A stretch of 64,000 nt of DNA from a virus: the IMG/VR virus record IMGVR_UViG_3300047393_000086, positions 12,992 to 76,991 of that record, one strand, 5' to 3'. This document shows, in pieces, positions 7,777 through 17,809 of this stretch. Positions within the stretch are counted from its first letter, which is position 1, and each line of letters starts with the position of its first letter. The notes under the pieces were generated by a model. The model was not told the origin of the DNA. It saw only the letters and a list, made by a program, of their open reading frames with translations, and did no database searches. Made by a program: the position numbers and the translations under genes.

Positions 7777-10458
7777 AACAACATTAACTTTAATCACTCT
7801 ATCAAATCTTTCTTCTAAAGCTTCAATTGCATCAATAAGAGGTTGTAAATCTAGTTTGCCTTCTTTATTAGCATCACCTAACTTATCTGCGCTCTTTTTA
7901 ACACCAACAACCGACTCTTTAACGGCTACCATAGTTGATTGAAGAACATCTCCAGCCTTAGCAGCTTCAGCGCTTTGTTTTGCTGATGCTTTTTCAAGAT
8001 TAGTAATTGTTCCTGTTAATTGTTTAACTGCTTCCATTAATTTTTCAGCTAAAACTGCCATTGCAGATTCTCCTTTATTTTTTGCAAGATCTGTAAGCGC
8101 TTTAAACATGTCTGTTGTTGCTACTATTGCTTTTATATTCATTACCTTACTTGCGTTTGCAATTCCAGTATATGATCCAGCAATACTTCTAAATGCTTTT
8201 GCCTGCGAATTAAAATCATCTACATCAATATTTTCGTGTAGATCGGTAAGCGATGTAAATGCTTTCATTGCCATCGAAGCACCTCCATTAATCATAGCGA
8301 ATCCTTTACCAACATTTATTAATGGTATTGCAAGTTTATTAACATCAGGCGCAATAACAGCCAGACGTTCTAATATTTCAATCGGTGATGGTTGATCTCC
8401 TCCAAAAAGAGAACCAATACCATCAAGAATTCCTCCAATTGCATTACCAATACCGGACGCAATACTTGAACCAGCCATTGCTGCTGTAAAGATTAACCAT
8501 GCTCCTCCTAATGCTGCAATACCAATTGCAAGGCCGATCATATTGTCAACTCCAATTTCATTTTTAAATCGGGCAAATACATCAATCATTCCATTAATTG
8601 GGGCTAATAACATTGCTGTAAATCCTTGAGCCACTGTAATTAATTGAGGCATAACTGGAGCCAATCCAGCAAGAATCCAACCAACTGCTAATATTGTAAT
8701 TGCGGCAACAATAATACCAAGTGCTCCTAATAGAAGAGTAGCTGGTGTTAATGCAGCAACGGCAAGTCCCATTGCAACTATAGCAAGTCCCATAACTCCT
8801 AAAGCTGCTCCAGTGTTAATGGTCCAGTCAAGAGGCGGAGAAATCCATGTCCCTGGTCCTAATGATAGGATCCAACCAACTGCGATAATTGCGAAAGCAG
8901 TAACTGCAACTGCAATAAGCCCTTTAAATAAGTCTCCAATTCCTAAGCTTCCAAGTGTTTTACTTGCAAGATATAAAACTGCTCCAAAAATTACAATAGC
9001 CAAACCAGCTTTAAGAACCCATTCTGGTTCTGGTGCAAAATATGCAATTCCACTAAGTCCTTGGAAAATCCATGCAGTTGCAAGAACTCCAAATGCAACA
9101 ATTGGAATTGCTACAGCCATGAATATCATTTCTTTTAGTGTCATTCCTTTAATAGCTTTAGAAACTATATAAAAAGGAACTGCAAATATTAATAATGAAA
9201 ATCCTGCCTTAAGAACCCATAAAGGATCTGGTGCAAGATATTCAGAAATTGCTGATAATCCTTGGAATATAAAGGCAGTACCTAAAATTCCGATTGCAAG
9301 AATTGGAATTGCAATAGCGCCATATAAAAGCTCTTTTGGATTAACTCCTTTAATTGCCTTCATTATAAAATAGAATCCAACAGCATATAACCCAATTGCA
9401 AATGCAGATTTAAGAACCCATATTGGATCTGGTGCCATAGTTGGATCTACTTGAGGTAGAATTTGAAAAATTGCGGCAACACCCATAATACCAAGTGCCA
9501 TTAATGGAATTGCAATCGCGCCAAAAATAAGTTCTTTGATGCTTGCACCTTTAATTGCCTTCATTATAAAATAGAATCCTATTGAATATAAACCTATTGC
9601 AAATGCAGATTTAAGAACCCACAATGGATCTGGTGCTTGTAAATTACTTCCAGTTGGTAGTAACATAAATGCGTAAGCTGCTCCAACAATACCAAGTGCC
9701 ATTAATGGAATTGCGGCTGCTGCAAATACAAGTTCTTCTTTCTTAAGGTCTTTTGTTGCTTTTAAAATCATAGAATATGCAAATGCTGCCGGAATCATAA
9801 TAACTGCGACTGCTAATGCTAATAATAATTGAACTGGATTAACCATTGGCATTAAGGTAAATATTGCACCACTTAAAACAAGTGAAATTGCAATTGATGC
9901 CATTGCTAGAGTTGTTGCTCCGGCAAGTGAGAACATCGATTTTGGATTGCTCATATCTGCTGAACTATCCCCTTTTCCAATAATGTCTCTAGAATTTCTA
10001 CCGAGAACTTCGGCAATTTTAACAAATGTTGGTGCTATAAGTGCAAAAATACCAGCTACAGCTAACACGGTAAGTAATTGTCCTACTGAAATAACAGGAA
10101 CTAATGTAAATAATGCGGCAGCTCCAACAATTGCTCCAGCAACACCAACGATCATCAGTGCTGTTAAACCAACGTCTTTAGCCGACATTGGAGTAAACAT
10201 TCCTCCTCCAGGACCTCCTTTTGCTCCAGCACCTTTTGCTAGTAACTTATTTTGTTCTCTCATGATACTTCTAATATCAGAAAGAATTCCAGTTTGTTTT
10301 TTAAGCTCGTTTGATGTTTCGTTTCCTGATTTACTACTTGCTCCATTAAGAACAACTTCAGCGATTCTGCTAAGAAGTACTGCAGATGCTTCAGTTGCGT
10401 CTGCTATTTTCTGTAATGGTGTTGTTAATAGGGTAACTTGTTTATTATTACTGGTCAC
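7765..10458 (-). CDS. putative tail tape measure protein with hydrophobic tandem repeats
   Basis: 897 aa Ala/Gly-rich; about 67-aa repeats (APDP.WVLK.AF..); lies after tube and hub/chaperone genes; late promoter upstream. Confidence 0.6.
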   Translation of the reverse strand: MTSNNKQVTLLTTPLQKIADATEASAVLLSRIAEVVLNGASSKSGNETSNELKKQTGILSDIRSIMREQNKLLAKGAGAKGGPGGGMFTPMSAKDVGLTALMIVGVAGAIVGAAALFTLVPVISVGQLLTVLAVAGIFALIAPTFVKIAEVLGRNSRDIIGKGDSSADMSNPKSMFSLAGATTLAMASIAISLVLSGAIFTLMPMVNPVQLLLALAVAVIMIPAAFAYSMILKATKDLKKEELVFAAAAIPLMALGIVGAAYAFMLLPTGSNLQAPDPLWVLKSAFAIGLYSIGFYFIMKAIKGASIKELIFGAIAIPLMALGIMGVAAIFQILPQVDPTMAPDPIWVLKSAFAIGLYAVGFYFIMKAIKGVNPKELLYGAIAIPILAIGILGTAFIFQGLSAISEYLAPDPLWVLKAGFSLLIFAVPFYIVSKAIKGMTLKEMIFMAVAIPIVAFGVLATAWIFQGLSGIAYFAPEPEWVLKAGLAIVIFGAVLYLASKTLGSLGIGDLFKGLIAVAVTAFAIIAVGWILSLGPGTWISPPLDWTINTGAALGVMGLAIVAMGLAVAALTPATLLLGALGIIVAAITILAVGWILAGLAPVMPQLITVAQGFTAMLLAPINGMIDVFARFKNEIGVDNMIGLAIGIAALGGAWLIFTAAMAGSSIASGIGNAIGGILDGIGSLFGGDQPSPIEILERLAVIAPDVNKLAIPLINVGKGFAMINGGASMAMKAFTSLTDLHENIDVDDFNSQAKAFRSIAGSYTGIANASKVMNIKAIVATTDMFKALTDLAKNKGESAMAVLAEKLMEAVKQLTGTITNLEKASAKQSAEAAKAGDVLQSTMVAVKESVVGVKKSADKLGDANKEGKLDLQPLIDAIEALEERFDRVIKVNVVETV

Positions 10459-10500
10459 GCGCGATTCTATTTTTTTAAGATAAACACTTGTTCTCTAGGA

Positions 10501-10509
10501 TTATATATC
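10501..10509 (-). promoter_or_regulatory. class-III (putative late, gp55) promoter GATATATAA
   Basis: Also at 12606, 15267, 25483, 27126, 29142, 33565, 44378, 46618, 57171, 63099, each upstream of a start codon. Confidence 0.7.
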
Positions 10510-10514
10510 CCAAT

Positions 10515-10539
10515 AAAAAAGGGTCCGATTAGGGACCCT
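10515..10539 (-). terminator. intrinsic terminator
   Basis: AGGGTCC/GGACCCT stem followed by a T run. Confidence 0.7.
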
Positions 10540-10543
10540 CTAT

Positions 10544-10819
10544 TTATTTAAGATTTGGCATTTTCATGTTAGGCATTTTCATGCTTGGCATCTTCATACC
10601 ACTCATAGCTCCTGACGTTGCATCATTCTGCCCTTGGTTCTGTTTATTCTCCTCCTTGATATGTTCTATTAAATCCTTAACTAAATAATAGAACTCATAA
10701 TACTCAAGGTTTTCAAGTTCACTTGGTTGAATATGTAATTTAAGATAAATGTGAAATTTAACCTTAAAGAAGTTCGCCAGCGATATCTTGAACAACGAAA
10801 AGAGATTTGATGCCGTCAC
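10544..10819 (-). CDS. tail/baseplate assembly chaperone-like small protein (start uncertain, possibly frameshift-fused)
   Basis: L..FFK..F.....L..QPSELENL.YYE motif; overlaps upstream gene end in the +1 frame; no ATG near the 5' end. Confidence 0.5.
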   Translation of the reverse strand: MTASNLFSLFKISLANFFKVKFHIYLKLHIQPSELENLEYYEFYYLVKDLIEHIKEENKQNQGQNDATSGAMSGMKMPSMKMPNMKMPNLK

Positions 10820-11723
10820 GAAAGGTGATGGGAACTTCCTCCTCCTCGTCCCCTAACTGTACTAGCATATTTGGTTGAACTCCAATTTTCATCTTTTCAG
10901 CCAATGTATACACTAAATTGTATTTTTTGTTTGACCATCCGTTTAATTCAATTTCAAATTCAAAGATAGTTTTATCGCTAAAACCTCTCCAGTCCTTATT
11001 CAAATAAGGAATAATTTGAAGAATTGATTGGTCGACTTTTTGACCTTTTTGTTGCTTTTCTTTAATATAAGCAGTAATCTTTTGCATAACTCCGATAACA
11101 GGTGGAGTCATTTCAATTGTTCCAAAAGATTTCGTTTCAATCATAAATGATTTTCTTTCTGAATCATAATACTTGTCTAATTCAGCTGGAATTTTAAAGT
11201 ATTGAAAGAATTCTTTTTTAATTTCAATTTCATGCTTCTCTCCTTTTTTCGACATGTGATCGATTTTAAGGTTAGATTCTGGCTCTGGAAATGTTAAATC
11301 TCTAATTGATAAAATAATGTAAAATCTGTCCTCTTCAAGAATATCTTTATAAGACAATCTTTTGTTTGCTGAAGTTATTCTAATACATGATTCTAAAATT
11401 TGATTTAATTTTTCATCAATATCTAAAACGTTAGTTTCGTCAATTGTTGAGAAATGTCTAATCTCGGTTACCTTTGCAGATCTGATTGAAATTTCAGTGC
11501 CTTCAGGATAAAACATTCCACCAGATGGTAGTGAAATTGTAGGAATAGTATGGTAGCCTAAATGGAAATCTGCACTTTCTGCTTTTTCTCCAGTAAATCT
11601 TTCCATATTAACCCTTCCTAAATTAACGGGCTCTTCTTGTGTTTCTTGAGATTCGTTAGATTGAACCATATTCTTATATTGGTCTTCTAAGTTGATTTCG
11701 TTTTCGTTACTTTCGTTACTCAT
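10764..11723 (-). CDS. baseplate hub / tail assembly protein (T4 gp26-like)
   Basis: LPSGGMFYP...IRSAKV.E, DRFYIILSIRDLTF; position between tube and tape measure. Confidence 0.55.
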   Translation of the reverse strand: MSNESNENEINLEDQYKNMVQSNESQETQEEPVNLGRVNMERFTGEKAESADFHLGYHTIPTISLPSGGMFYPEGTEISIRSAKVTEIRHFSTIDETNVLDIDEKLNQILESCIRITSANKRLSYKDILEEDRFYIILSIRDLTFPEPESNLKIDHMSKKGEKHEIEIKKEFFQYFKIPAELDKYYDSERKSFMIETKSFGTIEMTPPVIGVMQKITAYIKEKQQKGQKVDQSILQIIPYLNKDWRGFSDKTIFEFEIELNGWSNKKYNLVYTLAEKMKIGVQPNMLVQLGDEEEEVPITFRDGIKSLFVVQDIAGELL

Positions 11724-11726
11724 AAA

Positions 11727-11942
11727 TTATTTGTCTTTAAGTTTTTTAATATCAATTTTTTCGAAAGGCTTGATACTACTTGCCTTTTTTTCGATTTCTT
11801 CTCTAATAACATCTCTAATAAAAGCAGAAATTGAAATAGGTCGTTGACCCGTTTCAATTGCTTCATTTAGGATGATTCGATTAATCAAAGATACCTCGTC
11901 TTCTGACAGAAGAACCTGTAACTTTTTTGTTAATTTATCCAT
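11727..11942 (-). CDS. ribbon-helix-helix DNA-binding protein
   Basis: KKLQVLLSEDE...SISAFIRDVI pattern. Confidence 0.55.
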   Translation of the reverse strand: MDKLTKKLQVLLSEDEVSLINRIILNEAIETGQRPISISAFIRDVIREEIEKKASSIKPFEKIDIKKLKDK

Positions 11943-11980
11943 CTATATATTATATTATCATTATATTATGTTTTTGTTTC

Positions 11981-12015
11981 AAAAAAATGGGGAATAATTA
12001 AAAACTATTCCCCAT
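11981..12015 (-). terminator. intrinsic terminator after the tail tube gene
   Basis: ATGGGGAATA/TATTCCCCAT stem followed by a T run. Confidence 0.75.
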
Positions 12016-12028
12016 GATTATTGAATAA

Positions 12029-12583
12029 TTATGCTAAAACTTCTTTCCAAGCATCACATCTAAAACCTACTTCTAATGCTGCTGCATCCGGAGTTTCGTA
12101 GCTTAATTCATTTGTGAATCCTAAACCTGAAGTTATTTGGCAATCTTCTAAAGTTACAGTTCTATAAATATCTCCAGCTCTGTTGAACTGAACGATAACA
12201 ATAGTACCTACATAATCCTTTTTAAGTCCCATAGCACCTGTGTTTGGATCGTATCTTAAGTTATACCATTGTCTCATTGATTTATAAAGGTAAGCTTGAT
12301 TAGCCTCGTTTAAGTTTAATGAGAAGTTAATTGTTACGTCAACTGATGTATTATCAGGAGTACCTGCATACGATCTAGTTACGAATTTGTATTTTTGTTC
12401 AATAGCACCAACTTCTTTATATAAATCTAATCCTGAGATTGAATTAATATGTTGAAGCATAAGTGGCGCATCCGAAACACCTTGTGGTGGAAGAATTGTA
12501 ACTTCGAACAAGTTACCTTGTACTGGTTCGAAGTTTCTACCTTTTCTAGACGTTTGGTCTTGATTATAATGTGGTAAAGCCAT
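12029..12583 (-). CDS. gp19: tail tube protein (T4 gp19-like)
   Basis: Follows sheath; NLFEVTI, W.NL.YDP.TG..G.K.DY, FRCD.W. Confidence 0.8.
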   Translation of the reverse strand: MALPHYNQDQTSRKGRNFEPVQGNLFEVTILPPQGVSDAPLMLQHINSISGLDLYKEVGAIEQKYKFVTRSYAGTPDNTSVDVTINFSLNLNEANQAYLYKSMRQWYNLRYDPNTGAMGLKKDYVGTIVIVQFNRAGDIYRTVTLEDCQITSGLGFTNELSYETPDAAALEVGFRCDAWKEVLA

Positions 12584-12617
12584 GTTTTATTAATGTTTTA
12601 TTTTTTTATATATCTAA

Positions 12618-15239
12618 TTAACCTAAGTTACCTGATTGAATTTCTCCAGTATTTAGGATTGTTGTTCTATGAACTACGATTTCTAAACCTTTAACTGGTT
12701 CAACATAAGTATCGATAATACCCATATTGTTATCGATAACTTCGTTAGTATTGTTAGATTGATCCATTACGTTTTTAAATTCGTAAACTCCACCGTCTTG
12801 TTTAACACCTTCTAAGAATGAATCTGCTAAAGTTTTAATTTCAAGTCTAGTTTGAACATTGTTAAATTCAAATACGTAATCTTTAAGAATATCTGCCATA
12901 CCGTCTTGGATATAAATAAGGGCTTCTCTAACGTGAGCTGAAGAAAGCGCAGATTTAATAGATTGCTGTGCAGTTTTGTTTCCTAAGATTGTTAATCCAG
13001 TTCCTCTTTGGAATACAATTGGATTGATTCCGAATGGTTCTAGAACGTCTCTATCATTTTTATCAAATGCATATTCAGTTCCTTTAACGTTTGTACCAGA
13101 TACAACACCACGTCTTGGACCAGCAACGATTGACCAAGGTAAAGCGCTAGTGTATTTGTCCATGTAATTGTTTGAAACATACGCAGCTGCTGGAACAATA
13201 ATATCTTTTCCATTGTCGCTTACGATTAAACCAGGTCCGTAGTAGAACGCATAGTTTGCTCCTTCAGCGATACTTGGTAAAGAGTAAACTTTTGTAGGGT
13301 TTTTATCTTGATTACCTCCGGTTGCAATATACGCGGTGTTAAATACTCCTTCTGAATCAGTAAATGATGGATCAAATGATTTTTTAAAATCTTCAATAGT
13401 AGGTGCATTTAAAATAGCAGATGCATTTTGTCTGTCTTTTGCTAATTGAGAAAGATTACGTTTGTTATTTAAACCGTTTGTGTCGAACGAAGTAAATGTA
13501 TCAACAATATATCTAAAATCGATCATATCTTTATCTACTAATGCATCATATAAACCGATACCACCTGAAAGAACAGATAAATATTGGCTAATAGTTTTAA
13601 CAGTAATCTCAGCTTTTGGTAAAACAAAAGTTTTGTAATGATCAGATGCATTTTCAAAAGATTTAATAATTCTATCAGAATAGTCTGGCGTAATGTCTGT
13701 AAATACTTCGAAAATAGTTTTCAAATTATTATTTGGATCAATTTTCTTAGAAATTCTACTAACTCTTGCAAGTCTACCAGATGTTGCTGAATCTACATAA
13801 TCTCCAGGTACAATTGGGAATGCGAATGCAGGATTAAGATTTGAAATAGCTGATGTTAAATAAGATACTGTAAAACTAGTACTTCCATTTAAACCTGCTG
13901 TTAAAACTCCATTATAGTTATCTCCAAATGTATATGGAGTTACTCTACTATTTGAAACATGTAAGAATTCTAATTCTCCTGTAGTTCCAGATAGAGAAGA
14001 GTATGATGTGCTAATGTTTGCATTACATTCGATAGTAATTGTTCCTAATGCCGGTGAAAGACCAACTGCTGGTGTAGTTTCTGCCCACGGTAAAGTGTTT
14101 GTAATTAATGTATATTCATTAGCAACTGCAGATAATAAAGAATCTTCTCCTTCAACCGCCTTAAGTGCTTCAACTTCAGTAATATTATCAATTACCAAAG
14201 TATCTCCATTAACTGTGATTGTTTCATCTCCGGTTAATTGGATTGGGTGGTGTACGTGTACTTCTTGACCAACTACATGTGATAACAATTCGAAATCTTG
14301 TGTTTCATCTGCAATGTGACCAATAAAATCAACTTTAGTTCCGTTTTCGTCAAGTACTGCATCTTCATCAACAGCACAGAATAAACCAGTTCTTCTAGCT
14401 TCAGTGTTAACGATTGATTCAATATATAAGTTTCTACCTTCAAGATCTTTGAATCCTGGTAAAATAGATCCAGTGTATTGTGCGATTAAGCTAACTTGTC
14501 TTAAGTTTGCAAATTCGTTTAATTTAGATTTAATTAATCCAGCTGATGTAAAGTATGCTGAGTAAATTGGATCATTTGCCATTGTAGCAGCATCAAATTC
14601 TCCTTTAAATACAAATACGTCAATCATGAAATCTGACATTCTGTCAAATTCGTTTAAGTATTCAGGAACATTACCTTCACCGTACCATTCTCTTGCAGTT
14701 AAATCAAATTCTTTAACTGAAGCAGCTTGTCTTACGATAACTGTAATTGAATCTTGTTTGATGTTTACGAAATTTAAGATGTTGTTATCACCATTTCCAA
14801 TTTCTGCTAAAGTTGCAGAATCTGAAGGTGTCATAAATTTATCATTGTCGAAAAATTTATCATAATCACCGCTACCAGATACTGAAGTATTACCATCAAT
14901 AGAACCATTAGTTGAAATCGATTGGTAATATGTAATATCGTCTCCTGTCTCGAATTTCGCCAAGTTCAATGCTAAGATTGGACCTCTTGAAAGAGCTTCG
15001 ACACAAGATCTGTGGAAAAACATTCCCTTTTTTTCTAATCCTTTATCAATTGAACCAAAAACATTATCGAATGTTTCCTGTGAATCAATTAAAACTGGAG
15101 TGTTGTAAGGTCCTTTTCTAGAGTGACCTACTACTAATCTAAGAGTCTCAACGTTAATGTTCGCTGTTTGAGATTTGTCAAACTCAAGTCTATAAACTCC
15201 TGAGCTCTTAAAATTTAATAATTGCGGACTTAGTGCCAT
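12618..15239 (-). CDS. gp18: tail sheath protein
   Basis: SSGVY..EFD N-terminus; PWSIVAGPRRG, INPI, GNKT, YVEPVK.LE.I C-terminal sheath motifs. Confidence 0.9.
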   Translation of the reverse strand: MALSPQLLNFKSSGVYRLEFDKSQTANINVETLRLVVGHSRKGPYNTPVLIDSQETFDNVFGSIDKGLEKKGMFFHRSCVEALSRGPILALNLAKFETGDDITYYQSISTNGSIDGNTSVSGSGDYDKFFDNDKFMTPSDSATLAEIGNGDNNILNFVNIKQDSITVIVRQAASVKEFDLTAREWYGEGNVPEYLNEFDRMSDFMIDVFVFKGEFDAATMANDPIYSAYFTSAGLIKSKLNEFANLRQVSLIAQYTGSILPGFKDLEGRNLYIESIVNTEARRTGLFCAVDEDAVLDENGTKVDFIGHIADETQDFELLSHVVGQEVHVHHPIQLTGDETITVNGDTLVIDNITEVEALKAVEGEDSLLSAVANEYTLITNTLPWAETTPAVGLSPALGTITIECNANISTSYSSLSGTTGELEFLHVSNSRVTPYTFGDNYNGVLTAGLNGSTSFTVSYLTSAISNLNPAFAFPIVPGDYVDSATSGRLARVSRISKKIDPNNNLKTIFEVFTDITPDYSDRIIKSFENASDHYKTFVLPKAEITVKTISQYLSVLSGGIGLYDALVDKDMIDFRYIVDTFTSFDTNGLNNKRNLSQLAKDRQNASAILNAPTIEDFKKSFDPSFTDSEGVFNTAYIATGGNQDKNPTKVYSLPSIAEGANYAFYYGPGLIVSDNGKDIIVPAAAYVSNNYMDKYTSALPWSIVAGPRRGVVSGTNVKGTEYAFDKNDRDVLEPFGINPIVFQRGTGLTILGNKTAQQSIKSALSSAHVREALIYIQDGMADILKDYVFEFNNVQTRLEIKTLADSFLEGVKQDGGVYEFKNVMDQSNNTNEVIDNNMGIIDTYVEPVKGLEIVVHRTTILNTGEIQSGNLG

Positions 15240-15292
15240 AATTTTAAGTGTATTTTTTTTCTTTTATTATATATCCTTTTTTTGGATGGAGA

Positions 15293-17125
15293 TTACAATA
15301 AATCGTAAATATCGTATTGCATATCACCTTGAACATCATTGTCTTTATAAAGAATTTTCTCCATAAGATCATGTTTTTCTGGTTCAATAACATCCAACAA
15401 TTCTTCGACATAATCTGCGTAATCTGTTGTTCCAAAAAATTCAGTTGCAGTAATACAGGTCATGATAGTATCATCATTTCCCATTTGAGCTGCATAACTT
15501 CCGTTTTTAACGGTTCCAAAAAGACTGGCTTCCTGTACTGTTGTTATATCATTTATTTTAATTCTGTTTGTTTCAATCAATTTTTTAAAGTTTTGACAGA
15601 AAATTGCCTTATTATCTGACTTAAGTCTAAGTCCAGCCTTTGGAACTTTTGAGTCATGTCTATGTTTAAATCTAAGTACCATTTCGTCCTCAAAATCATT
15701 TCTACCTGGGAAAACTGTTGAAAGATATTGTAGCAAAATACTTCCATAAGTATTGAACTCAATAACCATTTTAACGTTTTCTGAGTTAAAAACATCAATT
15801 GCTAAAGTATATAATATTTTTGCAAAATCTTCAATTGGATGTTCATTACTTCTAAAAACAGCAACTTGATTAATCATAAAGAAATCGTACATTGCACCTG
15901 GTGTAATGAAATTTTCGATATGTTTATCCTCCATTGGTTCAACCTCAAACACGTTAATCACCGAGTAATCACCGCCGTTTCCTTCTGCAATATCTACAGA
16001 AAATAAATAGTATCTGTCAGATTCTGCAGCCGCTTCAATGTCAAAGTCTGGATCAAATGATAAGAATCCTTCGGTATCGATATGGATATTTTCAAAATCT
16101 TCCAAATCGTGCCAAATAAATTTCTTTGCATTTTTACGGATACTTTTCATTGTACCTGGACTTAGCAATAAACTCGATGAACTTGTAAATTCATTTCCAT
16201 ATTGTCTATTAAATGCATCTTCTGATCCAAGGTTTCCAAGTTCTCTTTGGTACCATGCATCATCTCGATCTGGATGTTGCCACCAATCGATTCTGGTCGC
16301 TTTATATTCGTTTTTCCCCTGTTCAGCATCGGCAAAGATTTCATAGAACTTATTAAATCCATTTGGTGTAGAAGTAATATTGATTCTTGAAATTTTAGAT
16401 GCAGAAAGTGTAGGATAAACGTTTTCATAAAATGAATCCACGATTGTTGGGTGAACGTGCGCAAACTCATCAAGATATAAATTATGAATCGTAAAACCAA
16501 TACCGGATTTTGCAGTTGTTGACTGTCCAACCAAACGACAACCATTATCGGATCTAACGTTCATAACGTCATATTTGATAATTCCCGGTTTCATAAAGAA
16601 TGGTAAGTTTTCAATAACTACCTTTGCTTTGTCAATAATCTCCTTTGTTGATTCAGATTTATTCGCTAATAATAATGTGGTTTTGTCATAATTAAATGTC
16701 AAGTACCATGCATTAAAAATGGAGGCGGTTACGGTTTTACCCATCTGTCTGGATGCCAATACAATATTAAATCTATTATGTTGGAAATCTCTTAATAAGT
16801 CCTTTTGATATTCTCTAAGTTTTACTTTTTGAACCCCATTATCAGTCATTACAACTGCATAGGTTTCAGCAAAATATACAATATCATTTGCACACTTTGC
16901 AAGTTCTGCAATTTCAGCATCTGTATATTCAAATACAATATTACCCTTTCTTAGAAATTGTTTACCTTCATAAAATGGAAGACTCACTTGTGGTCTATAA
17001 CCTTTATCAAGAGCAACTACTAGGTCATTAACTATTTTTGTCGACCATATTAGTTTCTGAGAATCTGCATTTGCATCTTCAGCTGGAATCCATTTATTGT
17101 CTCCTACGTAATTATCATTTGCCAT
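15293..17125 (-). CDS. gp17: terminase large subunit
   Basis: LREYQ, SRQMGKT, LYLDEFAH, TSTPNG, VDIAEG.GGDYS, NDD. Confidence 0.95.
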   Translation of the reverse strand: MANDNYVGDNKWIPAEDANADSQKLIWSTKIVNDLVVALDKGYRPQVSLPFYEGKQFLRKGNIVFEYTDAEIAELAKCANDIVYFAETYAVVMTDNGVQKVKLREYQKDLLRDFQHNRFNIVLASRQMGKTVTASIFNAWYLTFNYDKTTLLLANKSESTKEIIDKAKVVIENLPFFMKPGIIKYDVMNVRSDNGCRLVGQSTTAKSGIGFTIHNLYLDEFAHVHPTIVDSFYENVYPTLSASKISRINITSTPNGFNKFYEIFADAEQGKNEYKATRIDWWQHPDRDDAWYQRELGNLGSEDAFNRQYGNEFTSSSSLLLSPGTMKSIRKNAKKFIWHDLEDFENIHIDTEGFLSFDPDFDIEAAAESDRYYLFSVDIAEGNGGDYSVINVFEVEPMEDKHIENFITPGAMYDFFMINQVAVFRSNEHPIEDFAKILYTLAIDVFNSENVKMVIEFNTYGSILLQYLSTVFPGRNDFEDEMVLRFKHRHDSKVPKAGLRLKSDNKAIFCQNFKKLIETNRIKINDITTVQEASLFGTVKNGSYAAQMGNDDTIMTCITATEFFGTTDYADYVEELLDVIEPEKHDLMEKILYKDNDVQGDMQYDIYDLL

Positions 17126-17126
17126 A

Positions 17127-17774
17127 TTATTCTGTAATTTCTACGTCCTCGATTTCACTTTCGTTATCATCAATACCGGCTCTAATCATTCTCATTAAGT
17201 CCTTTGAACCTCTTTGAATGTTTCCGGAAGATGAATCTCCACCTGAAGATTCGATTTCTCTAATATCATCTTTTTTACGGTAGATTTCAATATCTTTTGC
17301 AATTCTTTTGGTACTTTCTTCAGTTGCCATTAGATACATTGTTTGAGATTTAATTATATCTAGCATTGATTTTTGAAGAGTTGCAAGAACTTCAAACATT
17401 CTTGGTGCAACTTCTCCATCTTCAATTGCTTCTAACAGGGTTGTTAGTGCTCTTTCACCGGCTTGTAATTGATAAACTAATGAACTCATTGTCATTTCGT
17501 CCATCTTCTTTTTAGCCTGGATATATTCGTCCTTTTCAATAATGTCAGCATCAAGATAAAATTTCATTAGGGCTGAAATTGTTTTCTTTGCTTTTTTAGT
17601 TGAACTTTCTTTAAGTTCACTAAAAGACATATATGTTTCTGGTCTTTTTGCCGGAAGTTTTGGATCTGTTTCAATAACATCTGAAATCTCAGCGGAACTA
17701 TCTCCACCGATCAATTCATCAAGATCCCTTCTAATATCTTCAGCTTGGTCTTTTATACTTTTATTTTCTGACAT
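17127..17774 (-). CDS. putative terminase small subunit
   Basis: Directly upstream of terL; PRMFEVLATL helix as in gp16-like proteins. Confidence 0.6.
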   Translation of the reverse strand: MSENKSIKDQAEDIRRDLDELIGGDSSAEISDVIETDPKLPAKRPETYMSFSELKESSTKKAKKTISALMKFYLDADIIEKDEYIQAKKKMDEMTMSSLVYQLQAGERALTTLLEAIEDGEVAPRMFEVLATLQKSMLDIIKSQTMYLMATEESTKRIAKDIEIYRKKDDIREIESSGGDSSSGNIQRGSKDLMRMIRAGIDDNESEIEDVEITE

Positions 17775-17809
17775 AATTTGTGTTTTGTTAGATAGTATAT
17801 GTATCAATA

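Noticed and set aside
7765-10458. Membrane transporter call for the 897-aa hydrophobic protein
   Set aside because: No transporter motifs; position after tube and chaperone genes, late promoter and repeat structure fit a tape measure better
11955-11980. Class-II promoter upstream of the RHH gene
   Set aside because: GAAAC is present but the -10 element does not fit the 17-nt spacing seen at the other sites
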